From: an uncultured Acidobacteriota bacterium
Lineage (GTDB): Bacteria > Acidobacteriota > Blastocatellia > RBC074
Assembly: GCA_963796275.1 (NCBI GenBank)
Contig: CAWCKY010000006.1
Location: 608,001 to 672,000 of the forward strand
Direction: 5' to 3'
DNA length: 64,000 nucleotides
Shown here: piece by piece, positions 43,135 to 56,115 of the stretch
Numbering within the stretch: the stretch's first letter is position 1
Layout: each line of letters starts with the position of its first letter
Program-made: the position numbers and the translations under genes
Notes under the pieces: model-generated
Seen by the model: only the letters and a program-made list of their open reading frames with translations
Database searches by the model: none
What the model was told of the DNA's origin: nothing

Positions 43135-44790
43135 ATGAAAAATCGCCCCTCATCACATTTTTTTCTTCTCTTCATCCTGCTCGCTTTTGACGTACTGGCA
43201 TACGTTGCGATTTATCGTGCAGGGGTGGCGCGGGGATTCTCCCCGTCTGCGCTGCTCGCCTTCCGTGATCTGGCGCTTTTCATCCCGATCATCGTCGGCT
43301 TCGTCTGGATGGTCAGACGACATCGCTATGCCGGTGATATGACGCTTCTGACGACCGCCGTGCTCCTCTTCAGCGTGGGTCAGTTCATGCAATACCGGCT
43401 CTTCACCGACCCAGAGTACAGCGCCGGCCGAAGGGAGGAGGCGGGCAAGGCTCGGCTCGCCAAGGCCAATACCCTGCAGCAGCGGTACATCAATCAACAC
43501 TACGACGCGGGGAAGAAGCAGGTGCTCTTCGGCGATCCGAACTATCAGATCCAGATCAACGCCGCGCAGGCCAATCAGCGGGAGGAGAGCTACTGGACTC
43601 TCAGCCGGATATTCTCATCGGTTTCAACGCTCATCCCGATCCTGGCATTCATCGGGTTTGTCAGCGCCTTCACCCTCACCAGCCGCGACGATGTGCTGCT
43701 CTGGCTGCAGCGGCACAGTTTTATCATCGGATTTATCACAACTTTGCCGTTCGCGATCATCGCCATCGTTTATTCGAGCGGAGGGAAATTCCTCGGCAAC
43801 ACGACGCCGTGGGAAGCGGTCAAGGTCACGTTCCTGGTGAGCTATGCGGGGATCCTCTCCGATCATTATCGCAACCTTTCGCGCACCTATTGGGGGATTC
43901 CCCCGTGGCGATTCGTCCTGCCGTTCCTGTTGGTGGCTTTGCTGCCGATCGTCCCGTTCTTCGCGCTCTCCGATTTCGGCCAGATGCTCGTCTTCTTCGG
44001 AGCCTATCTGACGCTTTATGTCGTCGCTGTGCGAAGGTTGCCCCAGGTGACGATCGCGATCGTTCTGGCTGGAGTCCTGCTCGGCGCCTCGATCTTCGCG
44101 GCGGGCGTTTATAACTTTGCCACCGATATATTAAGCGAAAAAGACGATGTCTCGGCGATCGAACGGGTCAAGGACCTGGTCGGAGGAGGTATCCCGCCCA
44201 GGATCCACCAGAGGTTCTATTTGTGGCAGCACGGGGGATTGCCGCCCGACCCTGATGAGCATTGGTGGTGGGCGAAAGATTCTACCGATGCCGAAGGGCG
44301 AGGCATCTCGAATGAGGAGATGTGGTATAACAAGTACGCCTATCAACCCTCGCAGGCGTTATTCGGAGTGAGCGATGGACGATTGTTCGGTGCAGGGCTC
44401 GGCCGCGGTTATCCGGAGAGCGTGCCCATCGCCGATTCGGATTTTATTTACTCCGCCATTGCCGAGGAGATGGGACTCGCCGGAGGAGCCATCATCATAG
44501 TTGCTTTCATTATTCTGGTGATCGCCGGGATGCGGACGGCGATTGAAGCGCGTGATATGTTCACTAAATTACTGGCGGCGGGAATTACGGCTTTTCTCGG
44601 GTTTCAGGCGATCGTCAATATCGGCGGCGTTATTCGGATGCTGCCGATGACCGGCATTACTTTGCCTTTCGTCAGCCACGGCGGCTGGTCACTGATAACA
44701 AGCCTCTTTATGCTTGGGATGTTGATGGCGATTTCTCACAGGAACAACGTCAGATCGTATGAAGATCACGGTCGGAAAAATAACGGATAA
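43135..44790 (+). CDS. FtsW/RodA/SpoVE (SEDS) family protein
   Basis: multi-TM; [40 protein letters not shown]. Confidence 0.92.
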   Translation: MKNRPSSHFFLLFILLAFDVLAYVAIYRAGVARGFSPSALLAFRDLALFIPIIVGFVWMVRRHRYAGDMTLLTTAVLLFSVGQFMQYRLFTDPEYSAGRREEAGKARLAKANTLQQRYINQHYDAGKKQVLFGDPNYQIQINAAQANQREESYWTLSRIFSSVSTLIPILAFIGFVSAFTLTSRDDVLLWLQRHSFIIGFITTLPFAIIAIVYSSGGKFLGNTTPWEAVKVTFLVSYAGILSDHYRNLSRTYWGIPPWRFVLPFLLVALLPIVPFFALSDFGQMLVFFGAYLTLYVVAVRRLPQVTIAIVLAGVLLGASIFAAGVYNFATDILSEKDDVSAIERVKDLVGGGIPPRIHQRFYLWQHGGLPPDPDEHWWWAKDSTDAEGRGISNEEMWYNKYAYQPSQALFGVSDGRLFGAGLGRGYPESVPIADSDFIYSAIAEEMGLAGGAIIIVAFIILVIAGMRTAIEARDMFTKLLAAGITAFLGFQAIVNIGGVIRMLPMTGITLPFVSHGGWSLITSLFMLGMLMAISHRNNVRSYEDHGRKNNG

Positions 44791-46279
44791 AGGGCTCAAT
44801 CCCAAACGGGAAGTTAACGAAGACAGTATGCTCGTGATGCAGGAGCGGGGATTGTTCCTGGTGGCTGACGGCGTCGGCGGTCGGCGCGGCGGTCAGGTCG
44901 CCAGTCAGACAGTCGTCGACGTATTCACGAAGGTTTTCTCCCAGGATCAACCGGGCAATCTGCGCGACCTCATGATCAACACCATCGATCTCTGTAACCA
45001 GAAGATTTTCGAAGAGACCGAGGTCAATGCCGAGCTCAAAGGTATGGCGACTACCATCGCATTGGTCGGTCTGGAGGGCAAAAAAGGCGACTTGGGAAAG
45101 CGCGCAATCGTCGCCCACATCGGAGACAGCCGGGTCTACCGTCACGACAATGATGGATTGATTTGCCTGACGGAGGATCACAGCGACGTCAACGATGCGG
45201 TGCGAGCCGGAATGATTACCGAGGAACAGGCAGCTGTGCACCCGCAGCGCAATGTCATCAATCGTGCATTGGGCGCGGAGCTCGAAGTCGAAGCCGACGT
45301 CGTCGAACTGGAAGTGGATGATAATACGAGTTTCCTGCTTTGCAGCGATGGAATCACGCGCCATATAACCCATGATGAGATCGCCCGCCTCATGCGAAGC
45401 GGCCGCCGCCCGGAGGCGATCTGCGAGTCCATGAAAGAGTTATGTTATATGGGAGGCGCCGAAGATAATCTAACCGCGATCGTCATCGATTTCGGGGAGC
45501 GTGATTATGTGGAAGACCCGACCAGACCCGCGATGCGCATGGTGGGCGCGACCGCTGCTCCGGTGAATGAAGGAGCGGCTCAGCGGAAAGCCAGGCGCAT
45601 CGAAGTAGATCTAACGAAGCCGCGGTCCGATGCAGATGAGGAGATTCCATCCAAATCAGATTTACGATCACGTTTCCGGCTCTTCAATGGAAAGTCGAAG
45701 TCCGAACAACCGCAAAATTTATTATCCAAGGATCACGTCGGCCAGCTAAAAAGGCCGCTGCCGAAGAAAGACGAGTTGTCGACAGCTATGAAGTTGAGTT
45801 TAATTAGTTTCGGCCTGGCTGCCGGTGCGGTCATTGGCACGCTGTTTGGCAAGCCGATCGTAGATTACATCGGGAATTATTTTGGTGTCGATGTCCCTTA
45901 CGAAGAGCAGGGGATCGCTCGGCCTCCCAAAGATGCGGAGGTCAGCGCAGCATATGCGCGATTTTTGGAGGGGTATCCGAGCGAAGGGCGCCAGCGGCTC
46001 AGGGATATTATCAACATTAATCCAAAGCACGCTGAGGCGAATTTCTATCTCGGTCGGATCGATTACGCCGAGGGCAAGTATAATGAGGCGATCGACCATT
46101 TCAATAAGGCCATGGAGAACGATCCGAACCGCACCGATTTTCGTGTGTACCTGGCGATGTCTTACTTGCAAATGGCCCAACCGCGTAATGCGAAAGATGT
46201 ATTGCAACAGGTCGTGTCACCAAATCCCGAAACCGCATCTCCCACCCCAGCTGCGACCTCCGCGACGCCTGGAGGATGA
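44759..46279 (+). CDS. PP2C Ser/Thr phosphatase with TM helix and C-terminal TPR
   Basis: [31 protein letters not shown]; [14 protein letters not shown]...EAIDHFNKA. Confidence 0.92.
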   Translation: MKITVGKITDKGLNPKREVNEDSMLVMQERGLFLVADGVGGRRGGQVASQTVVDVFTKVFSQDQPGNLRDLMINTIDLCNQKIFEETEVNAELKGMATTIALVGLEGKKGDLGKRAIVAHIGDSRVYRHDNDGLICLTEDHSDVNDAVRAGMITEEQAAVHPQRNVINRALGAELEVEADVVELEVDDNTSFLLCSDGITRHITHDEIARLMRSGRRPEAICESMKELCYMGGAEDNLTAIVIDFGERDYVEDPTRPAMRMVGATAAPVNEGAAQRKARRIEVDLTKPRSDADEEIPSKSDLRSRFRLFNGKSKSEQPQNLLSKDHVGQLKRPLPKKDELSTAMKLSLISFGLAAGAVIGTLFGKPIVDYIGNYFGVDVPYEEQGIARPPKDAEVSAAYARFLEGYPSEGRQRLRDIININPKHAEANFYLGRIDYAEGKYNEAIDHFNKAMENDPNRTDFRVYLAMSYLQMAQPRNAKDVLQQVVSPNPETASPTPAATSATPGG

Positions 46280-46389
46280 GGGCGACGGAGCGATGTTGGA
46301 GAGAGGCGACGGTGCGACTTTATTTCATCGTCCCGTCATCCAGTCACCCCGTCCGGTCCCCGTTACCCGGGCGCGATGTGCTATCGAAT

Positions 46390-48033
46390 ATGCCGGAATT
46401 GAAATTAGAAAACAGTCTGTTGGATGGCCGTTATGAGGTAAGCGAGCGCCTCAGCCGCGGCAGCTATGCGGAGATCTTTGTGGCGAGCGACCGTGAGGCT
46501 GGGGGCAGGGAGGTCGTAATCAAAGCTCTCAACACGAGCCTGCAGGGAACTCCGGATGCGGACCTCGAGCGGACGCTGGTTGAAAACTTTCAAAATGAAG
46601 CCATAGCGCTCGATACGGTTCGTCATCCGAACGTGATTTTGCGCTGGGGACACGGCACTGCCGCCGACCTGCTCGGCGTACCATTCCATTATCTCGTGCT
46701 CGAATACATGCCCGGCGGCGACCTTCTGCGGCTCTGCCGTGAACTTCCTAATAACGCACTTCCGCTCGATGCCGCGCTCTATTTTTTCAAACAAGTCTGC
46801 GAGGCGCTGGCGTTCGCTCACAGCAGAGGCATCATTCACCGCGATCTCAAACCGAACAACTTCCTGCTCAGCGCCGATCGCCGGACGCTTAAGATCGCCG
46901 ATTTCGGTGTGGCGAAGATAACGGGCGCTGAAGAAACGGAGATTACGCGCGTCGGAGCCGACATCTATGCCCCGCCCGAGCACAATCCCTATGAAGAATC
47001 GGGCCAGGCTGATCGTTTGACGGCATCGGCAGATATATACTCGCTCGCCAAGAGTTTTTATACGGTCGTATGCGGCCGCGCGCCGAACCAGTATATCTGC
47101 GATCCGATTACATCGCTTACCGGTGAGATGATGAGGAAGAGTTGGGGCGGAGCATTGACCGCGATTTTGTGTCGCGCGACTGACTATGAGCCTGCCAGAC
47201 GCCACGCCACGGTAGTCGAGTTCTGGAACGACCTGGCACAGACCGCCGCCATCGCTGAGGATCAATTGACGACGGCTCCCGAGGAGGAGACTGTTGTCAA
47301 GCCTCGACTCAAGATCGCTCCGGGCGAGATGCCGAAGCAGCCGCTGCAACCCGACTTCGAGATGGCGCTCGCCAGCCCGGGTTCCCATGCTTCTTTTTCG
47401 ACCGCCGAGCCGATGATACAGATACCCGGAGCTCAAGCTGAAGCGAATGACCCGGCGCAGATGAACCTGAACCGTCAGGGTCGCAGGTCATCGAAATTTT
47501 TCGTCGATCTTCAAAAGCCGAAGCCATCTCCGGCGATTCAGGCATCGGAGAGCACCGGCTCTGTTCAGATCGCGACCGAAGCAAGAGCTGCTAACAAGCC
47601 GGAGGAGCGGAGGGGGACGAAACTTACGGCTCGATCCGTCACCGATAAATTCCATGAAAATTTGCGGCGGCGAATCTTCATTGCTATGCTCACTTTGGCT
47701 TTCCTCGGATCGCTCGTGAGCGTCTATAACTTCGTATGGAGGGGAGGCGTCACGGTCGGCTCCGGGCCTCCGACGGAGATCGAGATAGTCACACAGTCTC
47801 TCTACGTCCGGGCCGGACCTGATGATACCGAAACGGAGCTGGGCGCCGTTCCCAGAGGCTCGCGCCATAAGGTACTGGCACTGGATGACAAACGAACGGT
47901 TGCGGGAATACAGTGGATACTAATTGAAGTCAGTGTGTGGGATCCGAATTTTGAACACATACCCGGGCAAAATCGCGGATGGGTCTATGGAAAACCGGAC
48001 TTTGTTCGTGTAGTCTCTCGTCGGTGGTGGTAA
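46390..48033 (+). CDS. Hanks-type Ser/Thr protein kinase with TM helix and C-terminal SH3b-like domain
   Basis: [19 protein letters not shown]; TM IFIAML...; LYVRAGP...W...GWV. Confidence 0.92.
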   Translation: MPELKLENSLLDGRYEVSERLSRGSYAEIFVASDREAGGREVVIKALNTSLQGTPDADLERTLVENFQNEAIALDTVRHPNVILRWGHGTAADLLGVPFHYLVLEYMPGGDLLRLCRELPNNALPLDAALYFFKQVCEALAFAHSRGIIHRDLKPNNFLLSADRRTLKIADFGVAKITGAEETEITRVGADIYAPPEHNPYEESGQADRLTASADIYSLAKSFYTVVCGRAPNQYICDPITSLTGEMMRKSWGGALTAILCRATDYEPARRHATVVEFWNDLAQTAAIAEDQLTTAPEEETVVKPRLKIAPGEMPKQPLQPDFEMALASPGSHASFSTAEPMIQIPGAQAEANDPAQMNLNRQGRRSSKFFVDLQKPKPSPAIQASESTGSVQIATEARAANKPEERRGTKLTARSVTDKFHENLRRRIFIAMLTLAFLGSLVSVYNFVWRGGVTVGSGPPTEIEIVTQSLYVRAGPDDTETELGAVPRGSRHKVLALDDKRTVAGIQWILIEVSVWDPNFEHIPGQNRGWVYGKPDFVRVVSRRWW

Positions 48034-48034
48034 T

Positions 48035-48862
<828 letters not shown>

Positions 48863-48934
48863 TCGATGGTCGGAGGCGAGTCATCCACTTCAAAAGATAA
48901 CTGTCAGCCGGCCACTATTTTCCGAGGAACTACT

Positions 48935-50074
48935 ATGCCGTATTTTCGCCAATCCATCATCTTATTCTTTGCGGTTTTGCTGCTCACCTTGACTCCCGCG
49001 ACGATTGCGCAGAGGGCGGACGAGACCCCGAAGCGCAATGACTTTGCGGATCTCGTGGCTCGGCTCTCGGAGCGCGCGGGGTACTTTGGTTCCGACAATC
49101 TGGTCTCGAACGAACTCTCTTACCAACACGTCCTCGGAAGAATGAATAAGATGAGCCTGACCGGGGGAGCATACCTGGGCGTCGGGCCGGATCAGAACTT
49201 CACCTATATCGCCCAGATCAAACCGCGTATCGCGATATTGATCGACATACGCCGCGACGCCCTGTTGCAGCATATGTTCTTCAAAGCTCTCTTCATGATG
49301 TCGCGCAGCCGGGTCGAATATCTGTCGCTTCTCTTCGCGCGCCCGCTGCCCAAGGACCACAGGAAATGGGGCGAGAAGCCGATCCGCGATCTGGTGGATT
49401 ATTTCGACCGCACCCCTCTCGATCAGAAAATCGCCAGCAAGACCGAATCTGAGATTCACAAACGAATTGTGGGCTTCGGCGTACCGCTTTCCCCCCGCGA
49501 CATTGAAACGATCGACGAGATATATCAGGCCTTTTATACCGACTGCCTGGAAGTACGATATACGATACGCGACCGCCCCACCGGAAGATTCTTCCCGGCT
49601 TATCGGGACCTCCTGCTGGAGAAGGACCTGGATGGTCGATATCGCAATTATCTCGCCTACGAAGCTGACTTTCAGGTGATTAAGGGTATGCACGACCGTA
49701 ACCTGATCATCCCGATCACCGGCGATCTGTCTGGCGCGAAGGCTTTGAAAACGATCGGTGAATTTCTGAAAGAGATCGATGAAAAGGTCTCTGCCTTCTA
49801 CGTTTCGAACGTAGAGTTCTACCTCTGGCGTGCTGATTCGATGCAGCGTTTCGTCGAAAACCTAAAAATGCTGCCTATCAGTGAACGCAGCTTGATCATC
49901 CGCAGCTATTTCAACTACGCTTACTATACAAACGTCCATCCGCAAACCATCGAGAACTACTTCAGCGTTCAACTCCTTCAGACAATCGATAGTTTGATCA
50001 AGGATTACGAGACGAATGGCGGTTACGGATCGTACTATGAGCTGACGACGCGGCGGAGTTTGGACCTCAAGTAA
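48935..50074 (+). CDS. exported conserved hypothetical protein
   Basis: signal peptide; [36 protein letters not shown]; GAGG RBS. Confidence 0.75.
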   Translation: MPYFRQSIILFFAVLLLTLTPATIAQRADETPKRNDFADLVARLSERAGYFGSDNLVSNELSYQHVLGRMNKMSLTGGAYLGVGPDQNFTYIAQIKPRIAILIDIRRDALLQHMFFKALFMMSRSRVEYLSLLFARPLPKDHRKWGEKPIRDLVDYFDRTPLDQKIASKTESEIHKRIVGFGVPLSPRDIETIDEIYQAFYTDCLEVRYTIRDRPTGRFFPAYRDLLLEKDLDGRYRNYLAYEADFQVIKGMHDRNLIIPITGDLSGAKALKTIGEFLKEIDEKVSAFYVSNVEFYLWRADSMQRFVENLKMLPISERSLIIRSYFNYAYYTNVHPQTIENYFSVQLLQTIDSLIKDYETNGGYGSYYELTTRRSLDLK

Positions 50075-50083
50075 GGAAGGGGA

Positions 50084-50180
50084 CATTTTACATTTATCAT
50101 TTAACAGTTGTCATTTGTCATTGAAGAAATGCAGTTTTCCAAATGACAAATGTAAAATGACAAATGACAAATTTAAAATG
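50084..50180. repeat. inverted pair of 7-bp tandem repeats (CATTTTA/AAATGAC family)
   Basis: catttta catttat catttaa cagttgt catttgt catt ... aaatgac aaatgta aaatgac aaatgac aaattta aaatg. Confidence 0.85.
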
Positions 50181-50202
50181 ATCTTCTTCATTCCTTTCGC
50201 AT

Positions 50203-51630
50203 CTACTGATTCTGATTGAGCGCAAGTTTCTCGCCTTCTTCCATCATCGTCTTCAACTTAACCACCGAGGCCGCCTCGCAATAGATGCGTAAGACCGGCT
50301 CGGTCCCCGATTGCCGGAACAATATCCAGCTCTCGTCATCGAAGACCAGCTTGGTTCCGTCGAGCGTGGCGATCCCGGAAACCTGATGACCGGCGAATTT
50401 AACCGGCGTTTTTTCCCGCAAGTCGCTCACCAGTTTCAGCCCGGAATCGATCGGCACGTGGAGGTCGCGGCGTTCGAAGTGGAACTCTCCGAACTCCTTC
50501 CATATGTCCCGCACGATCTCCGATGGTTTTTTGCCTGCTGAAAGGACTGCCTCGAGCAGGAGGAGGGAATTGAATATTCCGTCGCGCTCGGGGATGTGGC
50601 CCCGGACGCCGATCCCGCCCGATTCCTCGCCGCCTACCAGAAAATCGTTAGCCGGGTCGAGCATGATCTCGCCGATGTGTTTAAATCCGATGGGTGTTTC
50701 GAAGAGTCTGAATCCGTAACTTTCTGCGATGCGTTTGACGATCACCGATTGCGAGAACGTGCGAACGACCGAACCCTTCCAGCCTTTTCGACGCACGAGG
50801 TGCAGGAGCAGGATCATCAGGATCTGATGAGTGTTGATATATCCGCCGTTTTCATCCATAGCGCCCACCCGATCCGCGTCGCCGTCCGTCACGAGCGCCA
50901 TGAGCGCGCGTCGCTCGCGGATCGTGTGGGCGGTCAATTCCAGGTTCCATGGCATCGGCTCCGGCAGGACTCCGCCGAAGAGCGGATCGCGCTCGGCACG
51001 GATCGTTTCGACGCGTATCCTCCCGCCGGCGAGCAAATTTTCGATCCAGCGTCCGCCCGTGCCGTGCATTGGATCGGCGATGACCAGCGCATCGGCTTTC
51101 CGCAGGTCTTTGATTGATATGAGCGATTCGAGGTGATGGCGATAGTCGTCGGAGGGCTCGATGATGCGGGCGATGCCCTGCGCGATCGCATCATCCAGCG
51201 GCATCCGCTGAGGTCTGGTCGCCCCGACCAATTTCTCTATCTCATTGGTGATCCGGGGTGTGGCGGACCCGCCGAAAGGAGCCTTAAACTTGTAGCCATT
51301 GAATTCCGGCGGATTGTGCGATGCGGTTATCAAGACACCGCCATCGAGTCCGCGGCGTTTGACCTCGAAGGAGACGAGAGGTGTCGGGACATCTTTCGCA
51401 TAGAGGTCGACCGCGATCCCGTTGCCCGCGATAACTTCCGCCGTAAGTTTTGCGAAGAGGTCGGAGATGAAACGGCGATCATATCCGACGAGTAGCGCGA
51501 GCCCGCCGCCTGCCTTCTGTGCCTTCAGATAATCGATCAAGGCCTGCGTCACGAGTTCGACATTTGCGAAGGTGAAATCCTCGGCAATACGCGCACGCCA
51601 ACCGTCAGTCCCAAATTTTATTCTAGCCAT
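50203..51630 (-). CDS. phosphoglucomutase/phosphomannomutase
   Basis: FGTDGWR, TASHNP, DGDADR, GEESGG, SGTEP. Confidence 0.93.
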   Translation of the reverse strand: MARIKFGTDGWRARIAEDFTFANVELVTQALIDYLKAQKAGGGLALLVGYDRRFISDLFAKLTAEVIAGNGIAVDLYAKDVPTPLVSFEVKRRGLDGGVLITASHNPPEFNGYKFKAPFGGSATPRITNEIEKLVGATRPQRMPLDDAIAQGIARIIEPSDDYRHHLESLISIKDLRKADALVIADPMHGTGGRWIENLLAGGRIRVETIRAERDPLFGGVLPEPMPWNLELTAHTIRERRALMALVTDGDADRVGAMDENGGYINTHQILMILLLHLVRRKGWKGSVVRTFSQSVIVKRIAESYGFRLFETPIGFKHIGEIMLDPANDFLVGGEESGGIGVRGHIPERDGIFNSLLLLEAVLSAGKKPSEIVRDIWKEFGEFHFERRDLHVPIDSGLKLVSDLREKTPVKFAGHQVSGIATLDGTKLVFDDESWILFRQSGTEPVLRIYCEAASVVKLKTMMEEGEKLALNQNQ

Positions 51631-51817
51631 AAAAAATTATAGAGATAAACTAAGTTCGGTTTACCATAGGTCCTTCTTGATCAGTTCCGGGGATTTTGGG
51701 GTCCTATGACCGAGGTAACCTGCCGCGTGGAGAGTGTCAGTGAAACCGTGTCTTCTTTTTTATATTTCGCTATTGCCACCTGCACCAATTACTTATTTTC
51801 ATTTCACTCACATCCAT

Positions 51818-52420
51818 CTATTGCTTGCATTCTCTGTGTGTTAAAAATGTATTGTATACTTTTCTCAGCTCATCTGAGTTGTTCTTCTCAGTACTATCAT
51901 CCCAGAAGGCAACATATGTTCTTTCTACCCCGTCTTGTTCACGGCGCTGCAGCACTATCGCATATACAAAACAGTCACGGCAATATGTATCCGTTGGCCC
52001 GCTCCACACGGAAGCATTGGCTGAGAAAGCTGTTTGAGTCAATATCTGTATCGCATCATCCCGCAGGTTAACGTTACATTGATTTTCTCTCGCATTCCAG
52101 AGAAGTTGGCCCCGAGATGTTATCGTCAAATTACCTTTCCCTCTTCCCGCGAAACCGCCTCCAGAAAGAATTTGAACTGCCCATGAATTTGTTTCCGTTG
52201 ATAATTCCAATTTCCGGATATTGTTCAAAAGACCTGTAAATACAGGAGGAAGCTTGGCTGGTGGATTTTGAATCAGACCAGAATCGGACCTTTGCAACCC
52301 TGGTTCCGGCTTTTGCATAGATGATGAAGTTGGAGTTTTGTTGGCGCTTTCCTGCGCGAAGCACAAACAGATCGGTATCAAATTGATAATAACAATAAGA
52401 TTTCTTAATAGTTGACTCAT
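51818..52420 (-). CDS. exported hypothetical protein (AT-rich)
   Basis: AAGGAG RBS, signal peptide, GGGFAG and CRDCF motifs. Confidence 0.65.
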   Translation of the reverse strand: MSQLLRNLIVIINLIPICLCFAQESANKTPTSSSMQKPEPGLQRSDSGLIQNPPAKLPPVFTGLLNNIRKLELSTETNSWAVQILSGGGFAGRGKGNLTITSRGQLLWNARENQCNVNLRDDAIQILTQTAFSANASVWSGPTDTYCRDCFVYAIVLQRREQDGVERTYVAFWDDSTEKNNSDELRKVYNTFLTHRECKQ

Positions 52421-52503
52421 AGCAAGCTCCTTCTGTAGAACGGTTCCGATTCTAATCTAGAACGAATCCTGCACGAAGGCTTGCAGCCTGCCAAAAGAGC
52501 ATT

Positions 52504-53538
52504 TCAGACTGAGGAGTAATCGGTTAGCGAGGATTTATCGCCCAGCACGGAGTCCTCAACTTTCGCAAAGCGTCCGATGAGAGCGCTCTTACCGATGAGT
52601 GAGCCGCGCACCTCCGTCGCTCGTCCGATACGCGCGCCGGCGAGCAGCACGGAATTCTCGATCCGGGCTCGTTCTTCGATAAAGCAATTCGCTCCGATCA
52701 CGGAATTGATGATCTCAACCCCGGGTTTGATCGTGCAACTCGGATCGATCACCGATCTTTTATCGATTTGCGGCGGGTCGCCCTCGCCATTCGGAGGTGG
52801 AAAGGGCGTACGCTCGACTTTAAAGGACTTGATTCGTCCATTTAGCAGGTCGTCATTCGCTTTCAGGTAGCGTTGTGGTGTGCCGATGTCCATCCAATAA
52901 CCGGACCAGGTGAAACCGAAAACTTGCTGCTTGGCTGCGAGGAGGGCGGGAAAGAGTTGATACTCGAACGAGAACTTTTCGTTCTCGGGAATGAAATTAA
53001 GGATGCTCGGTTCGAGCACGTAGATACCCGCATTGATTGTATTGCACGTGATCTCTTCGGCTTTCGGTTTTTCGATGAAGCGGACCACGCGGCCATCCGC
53101 ATCCGTTTCAACCAAACCATAGATCGAAGGGTTTTTCACCGGTGTCAGAACGATAGTTGCCGCCGCCTGTTTTTCCCGGTGGAAGTTGACGACATCTTTG
53201 ATATTAGCGTCAGTAATTATGTCACCATTAAAAACTACGGTCGTCTGGCGCATCCGGGCTTCCGCGTTCTTATACGCTCCGGCTGTTCCCAGCATCGTGG
53301 TCTCGACGACGTATCGAATGCTGACGCCGTATTCCTGCCCGTCGCCGAAGATGTCTTCTATCTTGTTCGGTTGATATCCAAGCGCGAGCGTGATGTCTTT
53401 GATGCCGGCGCGCTTGAGCAGATCGATCTGATAGTATAGAAATGGGCGATTGACTATCGGCACCACTGGTTTGGGGGTGTATACCGTGAGCGGGCGCAGA
53501 CGCGTACCCTCTCCACCTGCGAGAATCAATGCTTGCAT
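52504..53538 (-). CDS. NDP-sugar synthase (mannose-1-phosphate guanylyltransferase-like) with hexapeptide repeats
   Basis: [26 protein letters not shown]. Confidence 0.9.
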   Translation of the reverse strand: MQALILAGGEGTRLRPLTVYTPKPVVPIVNRPFLYYQIDLLKRAGIKDITLALGYQPNKIEDIFGDGQEYGVSIRYVVETTMLGTAGAYKNAEARMRQTTVVFNGDIITDANIKDVVNFHREKQAAATIVLTPVKNPSIYGLVETDADGRVVRFIEKPKAEEITCNTINAGIYVLEPSILNFIPENEKFSFEYQLFPALLAAKQQVFGFTWSGYWMDIGTPQRYLKANDDLLNGRIKSFKVERTPFPPPNGEGDPPQIDKRSVIDPSCTIKPGVEIINSVIGANCFIEERARIENSVLLAGARIGRATEVRGSLIGKSALIGRFAKVEDSVLGDKSSLTDYSSV

Positions 53539-53555
53539 GAAACCGATCTCTCCTC

Positions 53556-53632
53556 TGCAAATGTAGGCATGTTTTCTAACTCGCCCTTCGCCCTGAAGAC
53601 AGGGCAGGTTAGAAAACCTCCCTGCATTTGCA
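53556..53632. repeat. REP-like long hairpin
   Basis: tgcaaatgtaggcatgttttctaac ... gttagaaaacctccctgcatttgca. Confidence 0.55.
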
Positions 53633-53804
53633 TTGTTTCAGTGCGTCGTCTCTGACATTTGGACGACTCCCATTTGCCTCTGTGGCAACTCGTAATGTTC
53701 ATCGATATGATATTCGTTGTAAGATAATAATCCGTCTCTAAAGATTTGTTGAGGATATCTGAAAGTAATAAAACATTCGGGAAAAATCAAATTTATCAGG
53801 GAAA

Positions 53805-54878
53805 ATGCTGATATTAGGTATCGAAAGTTCTTGTGACGAGACAGCGGCCGCGGTCGTCGAAGATGGCGTTAGGGTCCGCTCAAACATCATCTACTCTCAA
53901 ATCGCCACGCACAAAAAATTCGGCGGAGTTGTTCCGGAGCTGGCCTCGCGCGAACACCTGGAAAAGATCGGAGGCGTGGTCGATCAAGCATTGACGGGAG
54001 CCGGGGTCAGCGCGCACGACGTGGACGGCATCGCGGTTACGTATGGGCCGGGGCTGGTCGGATCTCTGTTAGTCGGTATCAACTACGCCAAGGGCATCGC
54101 GTTCGCCACCGGGAAACCGATCGTCGGTGTAAACCACATCGAGGGCCACGTCTATTCGGTCGCATTCGAATTCCCTTCGCCTCAATATCCCGCGTTGGCG
54201 CTGGTTGTTTCAGGCGGTCACACAAACCTGTTTCTGATCCCAGAGCCCGAGAAATACAAACTCGTGGGCCGGACGCGCGACGATGCGGCGGGCGAGGCCT
54301 TCGATAAAGTCTCTAAACTGATAGGGCTGGGTTATCCCGGCGGCCCGGTGATCGACCGGCTGGCTGTGCGCGGCGATAAGCGCGCCATCACCTTCCCCCT
54401 CGCCGAGATCAAAGACGAAGAGCACAAGCTCGATTTCTCGTTCAGCGGACTGAAAACCGCCGTTTTGCGCTATGTCCGCGATAACAATATCGCCCGGGTA
54501 ACCGACCCGGAGGCTCCCTCACCACAGATCATCGATCTCTGCGCGAGTTTCCAGAACGCGGTTATCAGAGCGCTCGTCCGCAGTCTTCGCAAAGCCGCCG
54601 AATTGTATCGTCCGCAAACCCTGATCCTCGCGGGCGGGGTGGCTTGCAATAGCGAATTGCGCGAGGCCGTCAGAAAACTCGCGGGAGAGACCAGCCTACC
54701 CGTCTATATCCCATCCCCGGTATTTACGACCGACAACGCCGCGATGATCGCAGCTGCGGGCTATCCCAAGCTCGTGCGCGGCGAATGCGCTGGCTGGGAT
54801 TTGAGCGCAGATGTCAGTCTGCGCCTGCCGAATATCGACGTCGAGAAACCGAAGAAGAAAATGAGATATCGCTTGTGA
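53805..54878 (+). CDS. tsaD: tRNA N6-adenosine threonylcarbamoyltransferase
   Basis: [37 protein letters not shown]. Confidence 0.97.
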   Translation: MLILGIESSCDETAAAVVEDGVRVRSNIIYSQIATHKKFGGVVPELASREHLEKIGGVVDQALTGAGVSAHDVDGIAVTYGPGLVGSLLVGINYAKGIAFATGKPIVGVNHIEGHVYSVAFEFPSPQYPALALVVSGGHTNLFLIPEPEKYKLVGRTRDDAAGEAFDKVSKLIGLGYPGGPVIDRLAVRGDKRAITFPLAEIKDEEHKLDFSFSGLKTAVLRYVRDNNIARVTDPEAPSPQIIDLCASFQNAVIRALVRSLRKAAELYRPQTLILAGGVACNSELREAVRKLAGETSLPVYIPSPVFTTDNAAMIAAAGYPKLVRGECAGWDLSADVSLRLPNIDVEKPKKKMRYRL

Positions 54879-55037
54879 ATGATTGCTAATGAGCGTTGGC
54901 GAAATTGACGATTTGAAGTAGACTCTACATATCGATCTAAATTCCAGATCAAATTGGGGATGAAGTACACGGGCAGGTGAAGAGTTCATCGAAAGGTGAA
55001 TGACACTGAGGGTTCATTTGTCTGAAAATGCGAGGTT

Positions 55038-56093
55038 ATGATCAAAACACTTGAATGGACTGAAGATGGCGTGATGATGATCGATCAGCGGCTACTGCCG
55101 TCTGAGGAAGTTTATCCGGTCTTTCACACGTACGAAGAGGTCGCAGGCGCGATAAAGGAGATGGTGATCCGCGGGGCGCCGGCGATCGGCGTAGCGGCGG
55201 CGATGGGGATAGCGTTGGGGGCGCGCGATACGCAAACCCAAAAACTGGATGAATTCGATCTGGCATTCGATCGGATATGTGAAGTTATGCGGGCGACGCG
55301 ACCGACCGCGGTCAACCTCTTCTGGGCGATTGAACGGATGCGCGATCTCTATGCCGTTCTCAAGCGGGAAAACAGATCGCTCGCCGAGATCCGCGAGCAA
55401 TTGATTGACGAGGCGAAGCGGATGCACGAGGAGGATGTAGAGGCCAACCGGTCGATGGGCCGATTCGGCGCAGCGTTGATTCCGGATGGGGCAACCGTGC
55501 TCACGCATTGCAACGCGGGGGCGCTCGCAACTGCGGGCTACGGCACGGCGCTGGGCGTCATCCGAGCGGCAGCGGAGGCCGGCAAGAAGGTAGCGGTCTA
55601 CGCCGACGAAACCCGACCATTCCTTCAAGGAGCGCGACTGACCGCCTGGGAGTTACACAAGGAGAATATCCCGGTGACACTGATCACCGACAATATGGCG
55701 GGGCATTTTATGAAGAGCGGCCGGATCGATTGCGTCATCGTCGGCGCCGACCGGATAGCGGCCAATGGCGATACGGCGAACAAGATCGGGACATACTCCG
55801 TCGCAGTCCTCGCCAAAGAGAACGATCTGCCTTTTTACGTAGCCGCGCCCATCTCGACGCTTGATTTGAGCCTGGAGTCGGGCGAGCAGATTCCGATCGA
55901 GGAACGCGATGTGCGGGAGGTAACGCACATCAAGGGCGCGCGACTGGCGCCGCAGGGGATACAGATCGCCAATCCGGCGTTCGATGTGACGCCGCATCGT
56001 TATATCGCGGCGATCGTCACTGAACTGGGGGTCGCTCGTCCTCCATTTCAGGAAAGCCTGAGAAATATTACAAATTTGAAACGTGCGATTTGA
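55038..56093 (+). CDS. mtnA: methylthioribose-1-phosphate isomerase
   Basis: [45 protein letters not shown]. Confidence 0.96.
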   Translation: MIKTLEWTEDGVMMIDQRLLPSEEVYPVFHTYEEVAGAIKEMVIRGAPAIGVAAAMGIALGARDTQTQKLDEFDLAFDRICEVMRATRPTAVNLFWAIERMRDLYAVLKRENRSLAEIREQLIDEAKRMHEEDVEANRSMGRFGAALIPDGATVLTHCNAGALATAGYGTALGVIRAAAEAGKKVAVYADETRPFLQGARLTAWELHKENIPVTLITDNMAGHFMKSGRIDCVIVGADRIAANGDTANKIGTYSVAVLAKENDLPFYVAAPISTLDLSLESGEQIPIEERDVREVTHIKGARLAPQGIQIANPAFDVTPHRYIAAIVTELGVARPPFQESLRNITNLKRAI

Positions 56094-56115
56094 GTTTTGA
56101 GGTTGTTGAATAGCT

